From positions 1 through 53,846 of the forward strand of contig DDZT01000064.1 in assembly GCA_002346435.1 (NCBI GenBank): a DNA stretch of 53,846 bases, given 5' to 3'. The notes under the pieces were generated by a model, which saw nothing but the letters and a program-made list of their open reading frames with translations, had not been told where the DNA came from and did no database searches. The position numbers and the translations under genes are program-made. Position 1 is the stretch's first letter, and the number at the start of each line of letters is the position of its first letter. Below, piece by piece: positions 37,527-47,106 of this stretch. The DNA comes from Anaerolineales bacterium UBA3001 (GTDB taxonomy: Bacteria; Chloroflexota; Anaerolineae; Anaerolineales; UBA11657).

Positions 37527-38179
37527 AAATATGATTTCATACTTGAGTCTACTGGTGCATTGTTCAATACCGCACCAACTATTCGTGCACCTACTTGGTC
37601 AAGCATCTCACAAGCACGTTCCGCATGTGCTCGCCGACTGACACCTGCACTTAATACTAGCAAAACCCCGTCAGTATATATTGACAACAATGCCGCATCT
37701 GTAACCGGCAAAACAGGTGCAGAGTCAAGCAAAACAAATTCTGCCTTTTGCCTAAAACCCGCCACCAAGTTTTCCATAGCAGTTGAGCCCAACAAATCTG
37801 CTGGATTGTCAGGTCTGGGGCCTGCAGCAACAACTGAAAGATGGTCTACTCCAACATCGTTAGCACTCAGTTCATCACCTGCCATCAATACATTGCTAAT
37901 TCCATGTTCGTTTGATATACCCCAAATTTCATGTTGCATAGGATGACGCAAATCACAATCAACGAGCAACGTATCACGACCACTTTGAGCTAAAGTAACA
38001 GCCAAGTTTGCCGCTACCTTCGATTTACCTTCACCATCTTGCTCTGGTGAAGAAGAAGCAATCAACAAAACACGTTGTCTTGCATCTCCATCAGAAAACA
38101 TAATGTTGGTACGTAGTGCACGATAAGCTTCAGAAGTACTTGTAGCCGTACCAGAGAGTGTAATAAGTTTCTTATTCAT
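37523..38179 (-). CDS. CpsD/CapB-family P-loop ATPase (BY-kinase-like) lacking a C-terminal tyrosine cluster
   Basis: EAYRALRTNI, Walker A SSSPEQDGEGKS, Walker A' LLVDCDLRHP, Walker B FVLLDSAP. The C-terminus ...PVDSSMKSYL has a single Tyr. Confidence 0.75.
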   Translation of the reverse strand: MNKKLITLSGTATSTSEAYRALRTNIMFSDGDARQRVLLIASSSPEQDGEGKSKVAANLAVTLAQSGRDTLLVDCDLRHPMQHEIWGISNEHGISNVLMAGDELSANDVGVDHLSVVAAGPRPDNPADLLGSTAMENLVAGFRQKAEFVLLDSAPVLPVTDAALLSIYTDGVLLVLSAGVSRRAHAERACEMLDQVGARIVGAVLNNAPVDSSMKSYL

Positions 38180-38182
38180 AAG

Positions 38183-38860
38183 TCACTTCCCGTTATGTCT
38201 AACATGTCTACTGTCATTAGGTATAGATCCAATCACTGATACAGGTAGAAAACTTTCAATATCATTGCGTGATCTGATAATACCTGATTCCAAATTTTCC
38301 ATGACAAGCACAACAATTGCGCCAACAACAAATCCTAGAATCATTCCAGCGGAAGCATTGATAATTCTACGTGGACGTTCCAAAATATAGCGAGGACTAT
38401 CCAGTATTATTGCTGTCACACGATCCTCACGACGCTGTTTTTGATTTTCGTCGTTACGCCACTGCACCAAAAGTTCAGCCCAAGAAAGTGCTATATCATT
38501 TGCCAACTGTCCATTCTCGTTTTCTACTTCAATTCTAATAAGGAAACGCTGTGGTTCAGCAGCTATATATACGTCCCTACGCAATGTTTCTGGAAGAGTA
38601 TCTAATTGCAGCGTTTCAATCACTTGCGATGCACTAGTATCAGTGTCCAAGAATGCAACATACGAATCAAGCAACAATTTCGCACTCTGTGTAAGCCCAA
38701 AATCAGTCCTAGCAGGCTGAACTAATACATTTACGCTTGATTGATATACAGGAGTCATTATTAAACTGAAAAACAATGCAGAGCCTGCAGTAAGCAATAC
38801 CGAAATGATTAACACCCATATACGCCTTTTAAAAATAAAAAAGTATTCAACAAGTGCCAT
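38183..38860 (-). CDS. Wzz/CpsC-like polysaccharide co-polymerase (chain-length determinant) membrane protein
   Basis: 225 aa. N- and C-terminal TM helices flank a soluble domain. MTPVYQSSVNVLV motif is typical of Wzz-domain proteins. Confidence 0.65.
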   Translation of the reverse strand: MALVEYFFIFKRRIWVLIISVLLTAGSALFFSLIMTPVYQSSVNVLVQPARTDFGLTQSAKLLLDSYVAFLDTDTSASQVIETLQLDTLPETLRRDVYIAAEPQRFLIRIEVENENGQLANDIALSWAELLVQWRNDENQKQRREDRVTAIILDSPRYILERPRRIINASAGMILGFVVGAIVVLVMENLESGIIRSRNDIESFLPVSVIGSIPNDSRHVRHNGK

Positions 38861-38975
38861 TATAATCAGCCTTTATAAGCTTGAACATAAATATGCAATA
38901 TAGTCAAAAATACCATGAAGCTTACGGAATAAATCACTCGCAGGCATTCATTGTACCACAGGCGCATGGATATAC

Positions 38976-39662
38976 TCACTGATGTGTGTTCTCCATGATT
39001 ACTTGAATGCCCAACATCTCAACATCTGATCTATTACGAATATATGGATCAAAAAAATGTCCGCACAATACTAGCAACAAGCCTAGAACAATACCAGTAG
39101 TAATGCGTACAAAGATTTCCAAATACTGGGTAATTCCAGGAGAAGCTAGTGTGACTATTGGCTCATCCAATGGTACTACAGTAGCATTACGTCCACCCAA
39201 CTGTGGAAAAACATTTTTATTTTTTTCTTGCATAACTTTAATTGCAGCGTTTGCAATTTTTGAAGTATGATCGGGATCTATGGAATTCACATAAATCACA
39301 ACCTCACTGCGCACATAATCACTACTGAGAGAATTCTGTATTCTGCTAGCTGATATATACGTATTATCACTTTCAAGCTGTTTACTTACTGCAGTCGCAA
39401 ACGCTCCAGTAACAGACCAATCGGAGAGACCACTCACCAAATATTCTGAGCTCAGCCATGAGTAGTAAGTCGTATCAAATTGGGTAATGTTAGTGGCCAT
39501 ATTTTCATCCGGAGTAAGCGCAGCAGAAAGGTGTACAGTAGTCACATATCTGTCAGATGGTGCCTCATAGAAAATTAAACCAACAATGGTTATCATCATA
39601 GTTGGAACCACCAACAAAATCCACCATCGTCTAATTATGGTTACAAATTCACCCAATCTCAT
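38976..39662 (-). CDS. Second Wzz/CpsC-like bitopic membrane protein (divergent paralogue)
   Basis: 228 aa with the same architecture (TM, ~150-aa loop, TM). Sequence similarity to the neighbour is weak by eye. Confidence 0.45.
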   Translation of the reverse strand: MRLGEFVTIIRRWWILLVVPTMMITIVGLIFYEAPSDRYVTTVHLSAALTPDENMATNITQFDTTYYSWLSSEYLVSGLSDWSVTGAFATAVSKQLESDNTYISASRIQNSLSSDYVRSEVVIYVNSIDPDHTSKIANAAIKVMQEKNKNVFPQLGGRNATVVPLDEPIVTLASPGITQYLEIFVRITTGIVLGLLLVLCGHFFDPYIRNRSDVEMLGIQVIMENTHQ

Positions 39663-39745
39663 GTAATTTACCTAAAACATATATATCTGCTAGATTCAAA
39701 GCAATACCTATTACAATTATCGCTCATATATTACTATATTCCAAT

Positions 39746-39768
39746 ATTGTATGAAACTTTCATACAAT
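39746..39768. promoter_or_regulatory. Perfect 23-nt palindrome (possible operator or weak hairpin)
   Basis: ATTGTATGAAA-C-TTTCATACAAT, in the 165-nt spacer between the GT4 gene stop and the Wzz-like gene start. Confidence 0.3.
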
Positions 39769-39827
39769 GTATTAATAGCTCCAAACAACACGTGTCAAAC
39801 CAAAATATTTGGTCACAATTACATCTT

Positions 39828-40910
39828 TTAATTCATAGTTGTCGCAACAAACTCCCTAATCTTCTGTTCGAAAACCGACTGATCGAACTTAAGGGCAAAT
39901 TGTCTAATTGACGAATAATTAAACTTGCAGTTCCCAAAACGCTCTATTCCGTCCATGAATGCATCAACTGTTTGATGTGAAATCAAATTACCTGTTTCTC
40001 CCTCTCGAACATAATCTAGAGCACCACCTCCCGCAAAAGCAATCACTGGTCTACCAGAAGCCATAGCTTGCAAAGGTGTTATACCAAAATCTTCTAAACC
40101 TGGAAATAGCAGGGCTTTACAACCCGACATCAAGTCAGGCAAGTCTGCATCCGAGACACGTCCTAGAAATTCAACATTGTCACCGGCTAGAGTCTGCAAA
40201 CGATCCCGATCACGTCCTTCTCCAGCAATTTTTAGTGGCACTCCTAATTTAGTACATGCCTCTATTGCTAGATCGATACGTTTATATGGTATCAATCGTG
40301 ATACCACGAGAAAATACGATCCTTGTCCCTCGGAAAGCACAAAACGATTGGTATCTACTGGAGGATAGATGATCACTGATTTGCGCTCATAAATACGCGA
40401 TATGCGCTTTTGAACTTCAGTTGATATGGCTATGAAATAATCCACTCCATCCGCTGCTTTTCTGTCCCACTTCTGCATCAACTTAACAAACGGTTTTAAG
40501 AGCAGTGGCATCAACGGATGAAATTTCTCTTGCTCTAGATAAGACTCAAGGTCCCATATATACCTAGTCGGAGTAAGACAATAACAGATATGTGTTGTAT
40601 CTGCAGAAGCTCTTACACCATGACAAAAACCACTTTTGTTTGACAACACTAAATCGTAACCAGAAAAATCAAACTGATTGAACACAAACGGGTATACAAA
40701 TAGATAAAGTTGATGTTTGACATGAATTTTGGGTAATTTATTAGCCCACGAGACATGGATATCCATTTCAAGAAACTCTGGGCCAACTTGTTTCGGTGCA
40801 TAAATGCTTGTGTAAATTGGTGTCGAAGGGAAAATGTCATTCAGGACATTTAGCACATCTTCTGCTCCTCCCATCTGGTTCAACCAATCATGCACCATTG
40901 CTATTCTCAT
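39828..40910 (-). CDS. Family-4 (GT-B) glycosyltransferase
   Basis: MRIAMVHDWLNQMGGAEDV N-terminus and EX7E region EDFGITPLQAMASGRPVI. Confidence 0.85.
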   Translation of the reverse strand: MRIAMVHDWLNQMGGAEDVLNVLNDIFPSTPIYTSIYAPKQVGPEFLEMDIHVSWANKLPKIHVKHQLYLFVYPFVFNQFDFSGYDLVLSNKSGFCHGVRASADTTHICYCLTPTRYIWDLESYLEQEKFHPLMPLLLKPFVKLMQKWDRKAADGVDYFIAISTEVQKRISRIYERKSVIIYPPVDTNRFVLSEGQGSYFLVVSRLIPYKRIDLAIEACTKLGVPLKIAGEGRDRDRLQTLAGDNVEFLGRVSDADLPDLMSGCKALLFPGLEDFGITPLQAMASGRPVIAFAGGGALDYVREGETGNLISHQTVDAFMDGIERFGNCKFNYSSIRQFALKFDQSVFEQKIREFVATTMN

Positions 40911-40934
40911 AATTGTTTGACCAAGATAGGCATC

Positions 40935-41597
40935 TTATACTTCTAACAAAGAAGCAATGGGCTTAAATGTGTGTCGATGTACTGGCGTTGGCCTTAATTG
41001 GGTTAACATATCATGATGCATATTAGTACCATAGCCTTTATGACGCTCAAAACCATAACCTGGATATTCTCTTGCGAGCGCAACCATCATTCGATCTCGG
41101 TGAACTTTTGCCAGAATCGATGCTGCAGCAATTGACAATGAAATAGAATCGCCAAAATTCATTGCTTTTTGGGGAATATCAAGCTCATTATTCAAATCAA
41201 CAGCATCAATCAACAATTGGTCTGGCTGCGAACTTAGTGCAGTAACAGCCCGAAACATAGCTATACGAGTTGCATTGACTATCCCATGCTCATCAACTTC
41301 TTCTGGATTCGAAATCCCCAAACCAGAGAATAAAGCTATATCAAGAATTAATCTTGACATCTTATACCTGATGCTAGGAGACAAACATTTTGAATCCCTA
41401 ACATCTTTAAGTTTCCTGTTTAGAAACCGAGGTCTAATAGGAAAAACTACTGCAGCTGCAACCACAGGGCCTGCCCAAGCTCCACGACCCACCTCATCTA
41501 TGCCAGCGACAATTTTATATCCAGAATTCCAGCATCGATTTTCCAGTCTTAAGTGTGGTCGTTTTGGCAAATTGCCTTGTCTAAATTTTACGTTCAT
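40935..41597 (-). CDS. rnhB: Ribonuclease HII
   Basis: GIDEVGRGAWAGPVVAAAV catalytic motif and DSKCLS. Start set at ATG 41597 (MNVKFRQG), leaving a 17-nt overlap with the upstream GT2 gene. Confidence 0.85.
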   Translation of the reverse strand: MNVKFRQGNLPKRPHLRLENRCWNSGYKIVAGIDEVGRGAWAGPVVAAAVVFPIRPRFLNRKLKDVRDSKCLSPSIRYKMSRLILDIALFSGLGISNPEEVDEHGIVNATRIAMFRAVTALSSQPDQLLIDAVDLNNELDIPQKAMNFGDSISLSIAAASILAKVHRDRMMVALAREYPGYGFERHKGYGTNMHHDMLTQLRPTPVHRHTFKPIASLLEV

Positions 41598-42306
41598 ACC
41601 TTCCACTTTTCCAGTTTTTGCGTAAAACCAAAATATCGACCAACATGCGTAGAGAGTCCTCAAACATTCTAACTCTAGTTTCTTTGTGAAAATACCAATC
41701 CACAGGAACTTCTATAATTTTATATCCGCGCTTTCGAGCTATATACAACACTTCGACATCAAAACTCATTCCATCCAAGATCTGACTAGTGAATAAATCT
41801 ATAGCTGCATCTGCATGGAAACATTTGAAACCACATTGGGTATCTTCAAATCCAGGCAATACCATCAGTTTAACTAAGTTACTAAAAATACGACCTCGCA
41901 CATGCGTAAAAGCAGGTTCATGAAACCGAATCGAACCTGATACCTCGCGCGACCCCATAGCAATATCATAATTCGATGCTTCCGGGGGCAGAAACCTATC
42001 AATTTGCTCAATAGGCATTGACAGATCAGCATCACACATGAAACGATACTCTCCATTAGCAGCCAACATTCCAGTTCGAACAGCAATGCCTTTGCCACGT
42101 TCCGCTACTTTAATCAAATTTATGTGGTCATTGTCTAAAGAATAAGCTTCTACAACCTCGGCAGTATTATCCTCGCTGCCATTCTCAACTATAATAATTT
42201 CAAACTTGTATGTCTGTCCAGACATGTAATCATTTATTGAATCAAGAGTCGCTGGCAAACGTTTTGCCTCATTATGAGCAGGAATAATTATCGATAAATA
42301 AGTCAC
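41581..42306 (-). CDS. Family-2 glycosyltransferase (polyprenol-phosphate hexosyltransferase-like)
   Basis: LSIIIPAHNEAKRLP, IIIVENGSEDNT, CDADLS (DxD). Confidence 0.85.
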   Translation of the reverse strand: MTYLSIIIPAHNEAKRLPATLDSINDYMSGQTYKFEIIIVENGSEDNTAEVVEAYSLDNDHINLIKVAERGKGIAVRTGMLAANGEYRFMCDADLSMPIEQIDRFLPPEASNYDIAMGSREVSGSIRFHEPAFTHVRGRIFSNLVKLMVLPGFEDTQCGFKCFHADAAIDLFTSQILDGMSFDVEVLYIARKRGYKIIEVPVDWYFHKETRVRMFEDSLRMLVDILVLRKNWKSGRYERKI

Positions 42307-42319
42307 AATAATTCTAACT

Positions 42320-43255
42320 TCACACCATAGTTAAAATGCTTTCTATATATTCAGAAGATACCTTACAAGTAGATTGTATCTTTCGCCTTCTTGAGAGAAG
42401 TGCAGGTATAGCACAGATGCCTGCCAATTGACCCCTGAGACGTGCTCTAGCATCTTTTCCGCGCCATGAACATAATGCTTGCCAAGCTAATGCTATCTGA
42501 CGCCATAAAATCGACCTCCAATACACACGCCAGACACTATTGGGCACATCCTTGATTAGAACGTAAATACTATTACGACCATCATGATAGCTCGCAGTCG
42601 TACCGCCACCAGTAGCCGATAGTTGATGATACACAACTGCACTTGGCACATACACAGTTTTCCAGCCCTGCAATTGTGATCTCCAACCAAGATCAACATC
42701 CTCCAGAGAAAAAAAGAAGCTTTCATCTAAGAGTCCCACCTGCTGCAACATTTCGCGACGATATCCTGCAGCACCCCCACAAGCAGAGAATACGTAACCT
42801 TCCCTATACTGACCAACATCCTTCTGCCACACACCTCTATTAGCAGATGTACCATCAGATCTAAACAAATCACCCGCAGCATGAAACACGTCACGTTTAT
42901 CAAACAGCATCAATCTAGAGGCTAATATACCAGCATCTTGATATCTATCAAAAGCAGATGCTAATTCCTGTAACCAATTATCTGCAGCTTCGGTATCATT
43001 ATTTAATAGCGCAATAATATTTCCATGTGCAGCACGAATTCCTACATTGCAGGCCCCGGTAAACCCTGCATTGCTAGTCAATCTTATAACACGTACTGTA
43101 GCATATTTTCTTTCGATCAACTCACATGACTCATCGCTACTAGCATTGTCTACAACAATAACTTCAAAATCACGTATAGTTTGATTGTTCAGTGCATTTA
43201 GGCATGTAGGCAAATGACTAGCCCCATTCCAATTGGGTATGACCACAGATAACAT
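42320..43255 (-). CDS. Family-2 glycosyltransferase (rhamnosyltransferase-like)
   Basis: LSVVIPNWNGASHL, VIVVDNASSDES, LLNNDTE motifs. Confidence 0.85.
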   Translation of the reverse strand: MLSVVIPNWNGASHLPTCLNALNNQTIRDFEVIVVDNASSDESCELIERKYATVRVIRLTSNAGFTGACNVGIRAAHGNIIALLNNDTEAADNWLQELASAFDRYQDAGILASRLMLFDKRDVFHAAGDLFRSDGTSANRGVWQKDVGQYREGYVFSACGGAAGYRREMLQQVGLLDESFFFSLEDVDLGWRSQLQGWKTVYVPSAVVYHQLSATGGGTTASYHDGRNSIYVLIKDVPNSVWRVYWRSILWRQIALAWQALCSWRGKDARARLRGQLAGICAIPALLSRRRKIQSTCKVSSEYIESILTMV

Positions 43256-43299
43256 TTACACCTCTAGGTCTATAACTAGTGTAGTATTATTCAACATTG

Positions 43300-44136
43300 T
43301 TAAAAATTATTGGTTAAAAATTCACCTAGTGCAGTCTGCCATGGACGCAAAGTGATTCCATAGCTAGATGCGGCCCAATTAGATAAAACACCATTTCTAG
43401 GAGGACAAGATTCTCGCTCATATTCCTCAAGTAGGATTGGTTTTATCGCCAATGAACTATATCCCGTCAAATTAAGTACTTGTCGCGCAAATCCATAACG
43501 AGAAACATTGCCAGAGTTAACCAAATGATATATTCCATATGGGGCCCTGTCCACAAGTTCAATGATTGCTAAAGCTAAATCTTGAGCATATGTAGGTGCC
43601 CCTAACTCATCAGTGACGACAGCAATATCTTGCCCTTGATTTGCTAGATTAAGAATAGTATGCACAAAATTTGCTCCACCGGCAGCATACATCCATGATG
43701 TCCGAACAATATAATATCTTTCCAATATATCAAGCATATATCTTTCGGCTGCAAGCTTAGATTCACCATAAGGATTGATTGCTCCTGGTAAATCCTGCTC
43801 TGTATATGAATACAACTTACTGCCATCAAAAACCTCATTGGTGCTAAGTAATACCATGGCAGCTCCATATTCAGCACAAAGATGAGCTATGTTTTTAGTG
43901 CCTATAGCATTGACCAAGTTTGCAATTTCCGGATTGAGAGCACATCCTTCTACATTAGTATAAGCTGCACAGTGTATAACCACATCTACCGACCAACTAT
44001 CAAACACATTACGCATAGCCTCTATGTCACCAACATCATACTCAGGCAAATTTGTTGCAAATACCGAGTTTTCCGGAAGCATGTCCACTAAAGTTGCCCC
44101 CAACTGTCCTCGAGCGCCAGTAATAAAATATCGCAT
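43300..44136 (-). CDS. rfbD: dTDP-4-dehydrorhamnose reductase
   Basis: 278 aa. ITGARGQLG Rossmann motif, YGESKLAAE catalytic YxxxK. Confidence 0.85.
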   Translation of the reverse strand: MRYFITGARGQLGATLVDMLPENSVFATNLPEYDVGDIEAMRNVFDSWSVDVVIHCAAYTNVEGCALNPEIANLVNAIGTKNIAHLCAEYGAAMVLLSTNEVFDGSKLYSYTEQDLPGAINPYGESKLAAERYMLDILERYYIVRTSWMYAAGGANFVHTILNLANQGQDIAVVTDELGAPTYAQDLALAIIELVDRAPYGIYHLVNSGNVSRYGFARQVLNLTGYSSLAIKPILLEEYERESCPPRNGVLSNWAASSYGITLRPWQTALGEFLTNNF

Positions 44137-44183
44137 ACGTGTTAGTAATATTTAATAACCTAAATCAGCTATGAACATGCTTA

Positions 44184-44951
44184 TTATACCCTCCCCAATT
44201 CTAGCGAGAAGTAATCATTTAACATTACAATGATATTGTCTAATGCTCTTTGTCTAAATTCATCGAGACTAATTCGAGACATTCTAGAGAAAATCTTCTT
44301 CTCCATCAAAGCGTCATCTAGCAAAATTTCTTCAAAATCCTTAGGTTCTACTCCCATACGAGCAGCAAACACTTCTATAGTCCTAGACGATAATCCATCT
44401 GTCAGTTGCTCCAACAAAAACTTGTACCATCGGTAAAGATCTTTATTATCTACAAATGGAACCCACTGAGTAGTAGATAGATTTAGTGTAAATTTCTGAT
44501 CAATGTCAGATGGTAAACGATCATAATCTCGCTGGTCCAAAAAAGTACGCAAAACATTGTGCAAGAACAAACGCTCTCTAAACTCGCCCCAATCGACACC
44601 CTTACCAAACACGGGCTTAAATACTTCTACTATCCAGGCCTGATCTAGAAGTAAATGAGTGAGGTAACCTGCCACAAAAGCGCTTCGAACTGGTGACAAT
44701 CGTCGAACATTCGACAGCTCTTTATGTTTTGACAACAGCACCTTATAAGCAATATTTTTTTCAACATTGTCAATAGAGAAAAAGTGGGTATCTTCACGAG
44801 TGTAGCTCGCTACTGCTTGAACATCAGGAGCTACATTGCCAAATAGAAAAGCCGAAAAGAAATCAGCCAGTAGGTCTTGAATAGGTGTATTGAGTCTACT
44901 GTCTTCAAGAATTTCTTCAGCAATTGCGATATGATAAAAAGGAGTAGGCAT
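44184..44951 (-). CDS. Zinc-dependent phospholipase C-like family protein (cytoplasmic, function unknown)
   Basis: N-terminal MPTPFYHIAIAEEIL...FGNVAPD...EDTHFF histidine/aspartate pattern resembles the Zn-PLC-like superfamily. No signal peptide. Confidence 0.5.
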   Translation of the reverse strand: MPTPFYHIAIAEEILEDSRLNTPIQDLLADFFSAFLFGNVAPDVQAVASYTREDTHFFSIDNVEKNIAYKVLLSKHKELSNVRRLSPVRSAFVAGYLTHLLLDQAWIVEVFKPVFGKGVDWGEFRERLFLHNVLRTFLDQRDYDRLPSDIDQKFTLNLSTTQWVPFVDNKDLYRWYKFLLEQLTDGLSSRTIEVFAARMGVEPKDFEEILLDDALMEKKIFSRMSRISLDEFRQRALDNIIVMLNDYFSLELGRV

Positions 44952-45150
44952 ATTTATATATATACAACACCAACAAGAATACTATGTCAATCCAATTAAA
45001 CCATCTTCTACACAATCTGGCATGATGGGTTAGAATAGTCATCAGATTAATGACTTGGAACTTCCAACATTTTGGACACTAATTAGGTACTTAAGTAAAC
45101 CGGTGCATACCTGCATGGATACAGAAAAGACAAACAATACAATACACGAC

Positions 45151-46473
45151 ATGCATAAGCTAAGTAGCATAATATATATGCTGTTGGTAATACTTTTATG
45201 TTGTAGCATGACAGCATGTGCAATGTTGAACAACCAGGAAGACAATAAGCTCCGGATACCTCAAAGCCCATTATTAAAATCTATCGAACGCAAATCTGGT
45301 CTTATAGCGTACGTAGGTATAGATGGGAACATATACACAATGGATCAAGCCGGTAAAAATGTAGTGCAACTTACTACCGATGCAACGATAAGTGACGAAC
45401 AAGTTTTATACTATACACACGTAACCTGGGCACCTAATGGCAATCAGATTGCCTATGTAAGTTATACTGGTGCCAATACACAAACCATGGAAGCACATCT
45501 CTACGTTAGTGATGCCAACGGAACAAACACCAAGGAAGTCTTTGCCAGTGATCGCATGATTCCAATTTTCTTATATTGGGCCCCTAACAGCAAATCTCTG
45601 GCTTTCCTATCTACACAAACCGATGGCAATAGTGGGATACTTCGTCTATCTTTACTTGATGGACAGGAATCAACAATATTAGATTCGGGTCAGCCACTGT
45701 TCTGGGCATGGGCACCGTCAAGCAAGCGTCTGTTAATCCATAGCAACGGTTCTGATTACGACTCTCGACTTTCTTATCTGTATCTTGGAGAAACAATCGT
45801 AGAAGAGTCCCTATCCATAAAACCTGCCTCTTTCCAAGCCCCGGCATTCTCACCAAACGGCGATGAAATAATGTACGTTGGTACAACAGAAAGTGAAGAC
45901 AGCACCCTAATAACATTAAACCGACTGGACAACAGAAGTAAATCTCTGGCAGCAGTCAAAGGACAAGTAGCGTTTGAGTATTCTCCAACCGGAAAGCATG
46001 TAGCTTACATTGATAGCGATAATTCTAATAATTCATGGATATCAGGCACATTAAGTGTAATGGAAACACAGGGATCAAATCCACAAACTTTAGCAAATAT
46101 AGGTGACAATATAATAGGATTTTTTTGGTCGCCCGACGGCGAAAAGATCGCTTACTTTAAGTCAATAGTAGCACAGGAGGAAATTGATGGGGAGATCAAA
46201 CAATTCTCCTACTTAGAATTACATATACTATCTATCATTGACGGGACAAGCAACAACCTTTTTTCTTTTGCACCTTCAGAACTGTTTGCTGCACTGTTGC
46301 CATATATAGACCAATATCAACGCACTTTCACTATTTGGTCTCCTGACAGTCAGTATTTGGCACTTTCAGCATATACTGAGCAAGGCCCTGCAATAATTGT
46401 TGCTCAAGCTGAAAGCAACTTTGAACCTAGGATACTTGAATTTGGTATGCTACCAGTATGGTCATGGAAATAG
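45151..46473 (+). CDS. TolB-like beta-propeller lipoprotein
   Basis: Lipobox LLCCSMTAC after a hydrophobic core. Repeated WAPNG/WSPDG-type propeller blades (WAPNGNQIAY, WAPNSKSLAF, FSPNGDEIMY, WSPDGEKIAY, WSPDSQYLAL). Start chosen at ATG 45151; 45115 or 45055 are possible. Confidence 0.65.
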   Translation: MHKLSSIIYMLLVILLCCSMTACAMLNNQEDNKLRIPQSPLLKSIERKSGLIAYVGIDGNIYTMDQAGKNVVQLTTDATISDEQVLYYTHVTWAPNGNQIAYVSYTGANTQTMEAHLYVSDANGTNTKEVFASDRMIPIFLYWAPNSKSLAFLSTQTDGNSGILRLSLLDGQESTILDSGQPLFWAWAPSSKRLLIHSNGSDYDSRLSYLYLGETIVEESLSIKPASFQAPAFSPNGDEIMYVGTTESEDSTLITLNRLDNRSKSLAAVKGQVAFEYSPTGKHVAYIDSDNSNNSWISGTLSVMETQGSNPQTLANIGDNIIGFFWSPDGEKIAYFKSIVAQEEIDGEIKQFSYLELHILSIIDGTSNNLFSFAPSELFAALLPYIDQYQRTFTIWSPDSQYLALSAYTEQGPAIIVAQAESNFEPRILEFGMLPVWSWK

Positions 46474-46483
46474 ATATACTCAG

Positions 46484-47038
46484 CTAGAGTTTAGGAAGTA
46501 CAATTGATTCCTGTTTTTGATACTTGCCTTTTTTGTCAGCATAAGATACATCACATTCACTGTCAGCCTCGAAGAACAAAACTTGAGCGATACCCTCATT
46601 AGCATAAATTTTCGCTGGCAAAGGGGTTGTATTGGAAATCTCTAGTGTTACATAACCTTGCCATTCAGGTTCAAATGGCGTGACATTCACTATTATGCCG
46701 CAACGCGCATAAGTACTTTTACCAACACATATAGTCAAAACACTGCGCGGGATACGAAAATATTCCACAGTTCGGGCAAGAGCAAAAGAGTTCGGTGGAA
46801 TAACACATACTTCACCCGTAAAATCTACCATCGAACGCGGATCAAAACTTTTGGGATCTACAATAGCAGAATGTACATTGGTAAATATCTTGAATTCATC
46901 TGCGACTCGAATATCGTAACCATAAGATGAAACCCCATAAGATATCACTCCATCACGGACTTGATTAGATTCGAAAGGATCAATCATCCCATGTTCACTT
47001 GCCATCTTTGTTATCCAATGGTCCGGTCTAATGCTCAT
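46484..47038 (-). CDS. dcd: dCTP deaminase
   Basis: 184 aa. MSIRPDHWI...[10 protein letters not shown]...and the beta-barrel dUTPase-like pattern are typical of Dcd. Confidence 0.92.
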   Translation of the reverse strand: MSIRPDHWITKMASEHGMIDPFESNQVRDGVISYGVSSYGYDIRVADEFKIFTNVHSAIVDPKSFDPRSMVDFTGEVCVIPPNSFALARTVEYFRIPRSVLTICVGKSTYARCGIIVNVTPFEPEWQGYVTLEISNTTPLPAKIYANEGIAQVLFFEADSECDVSYADKKGKYQKQESIVLPKL

Positions 47039-47106
47039 AATTTTTCTCCTAATATCTATTAATCTTTTACTATCATAATCAATGTGCGCATAAACCCAAA
47101 GAATAT

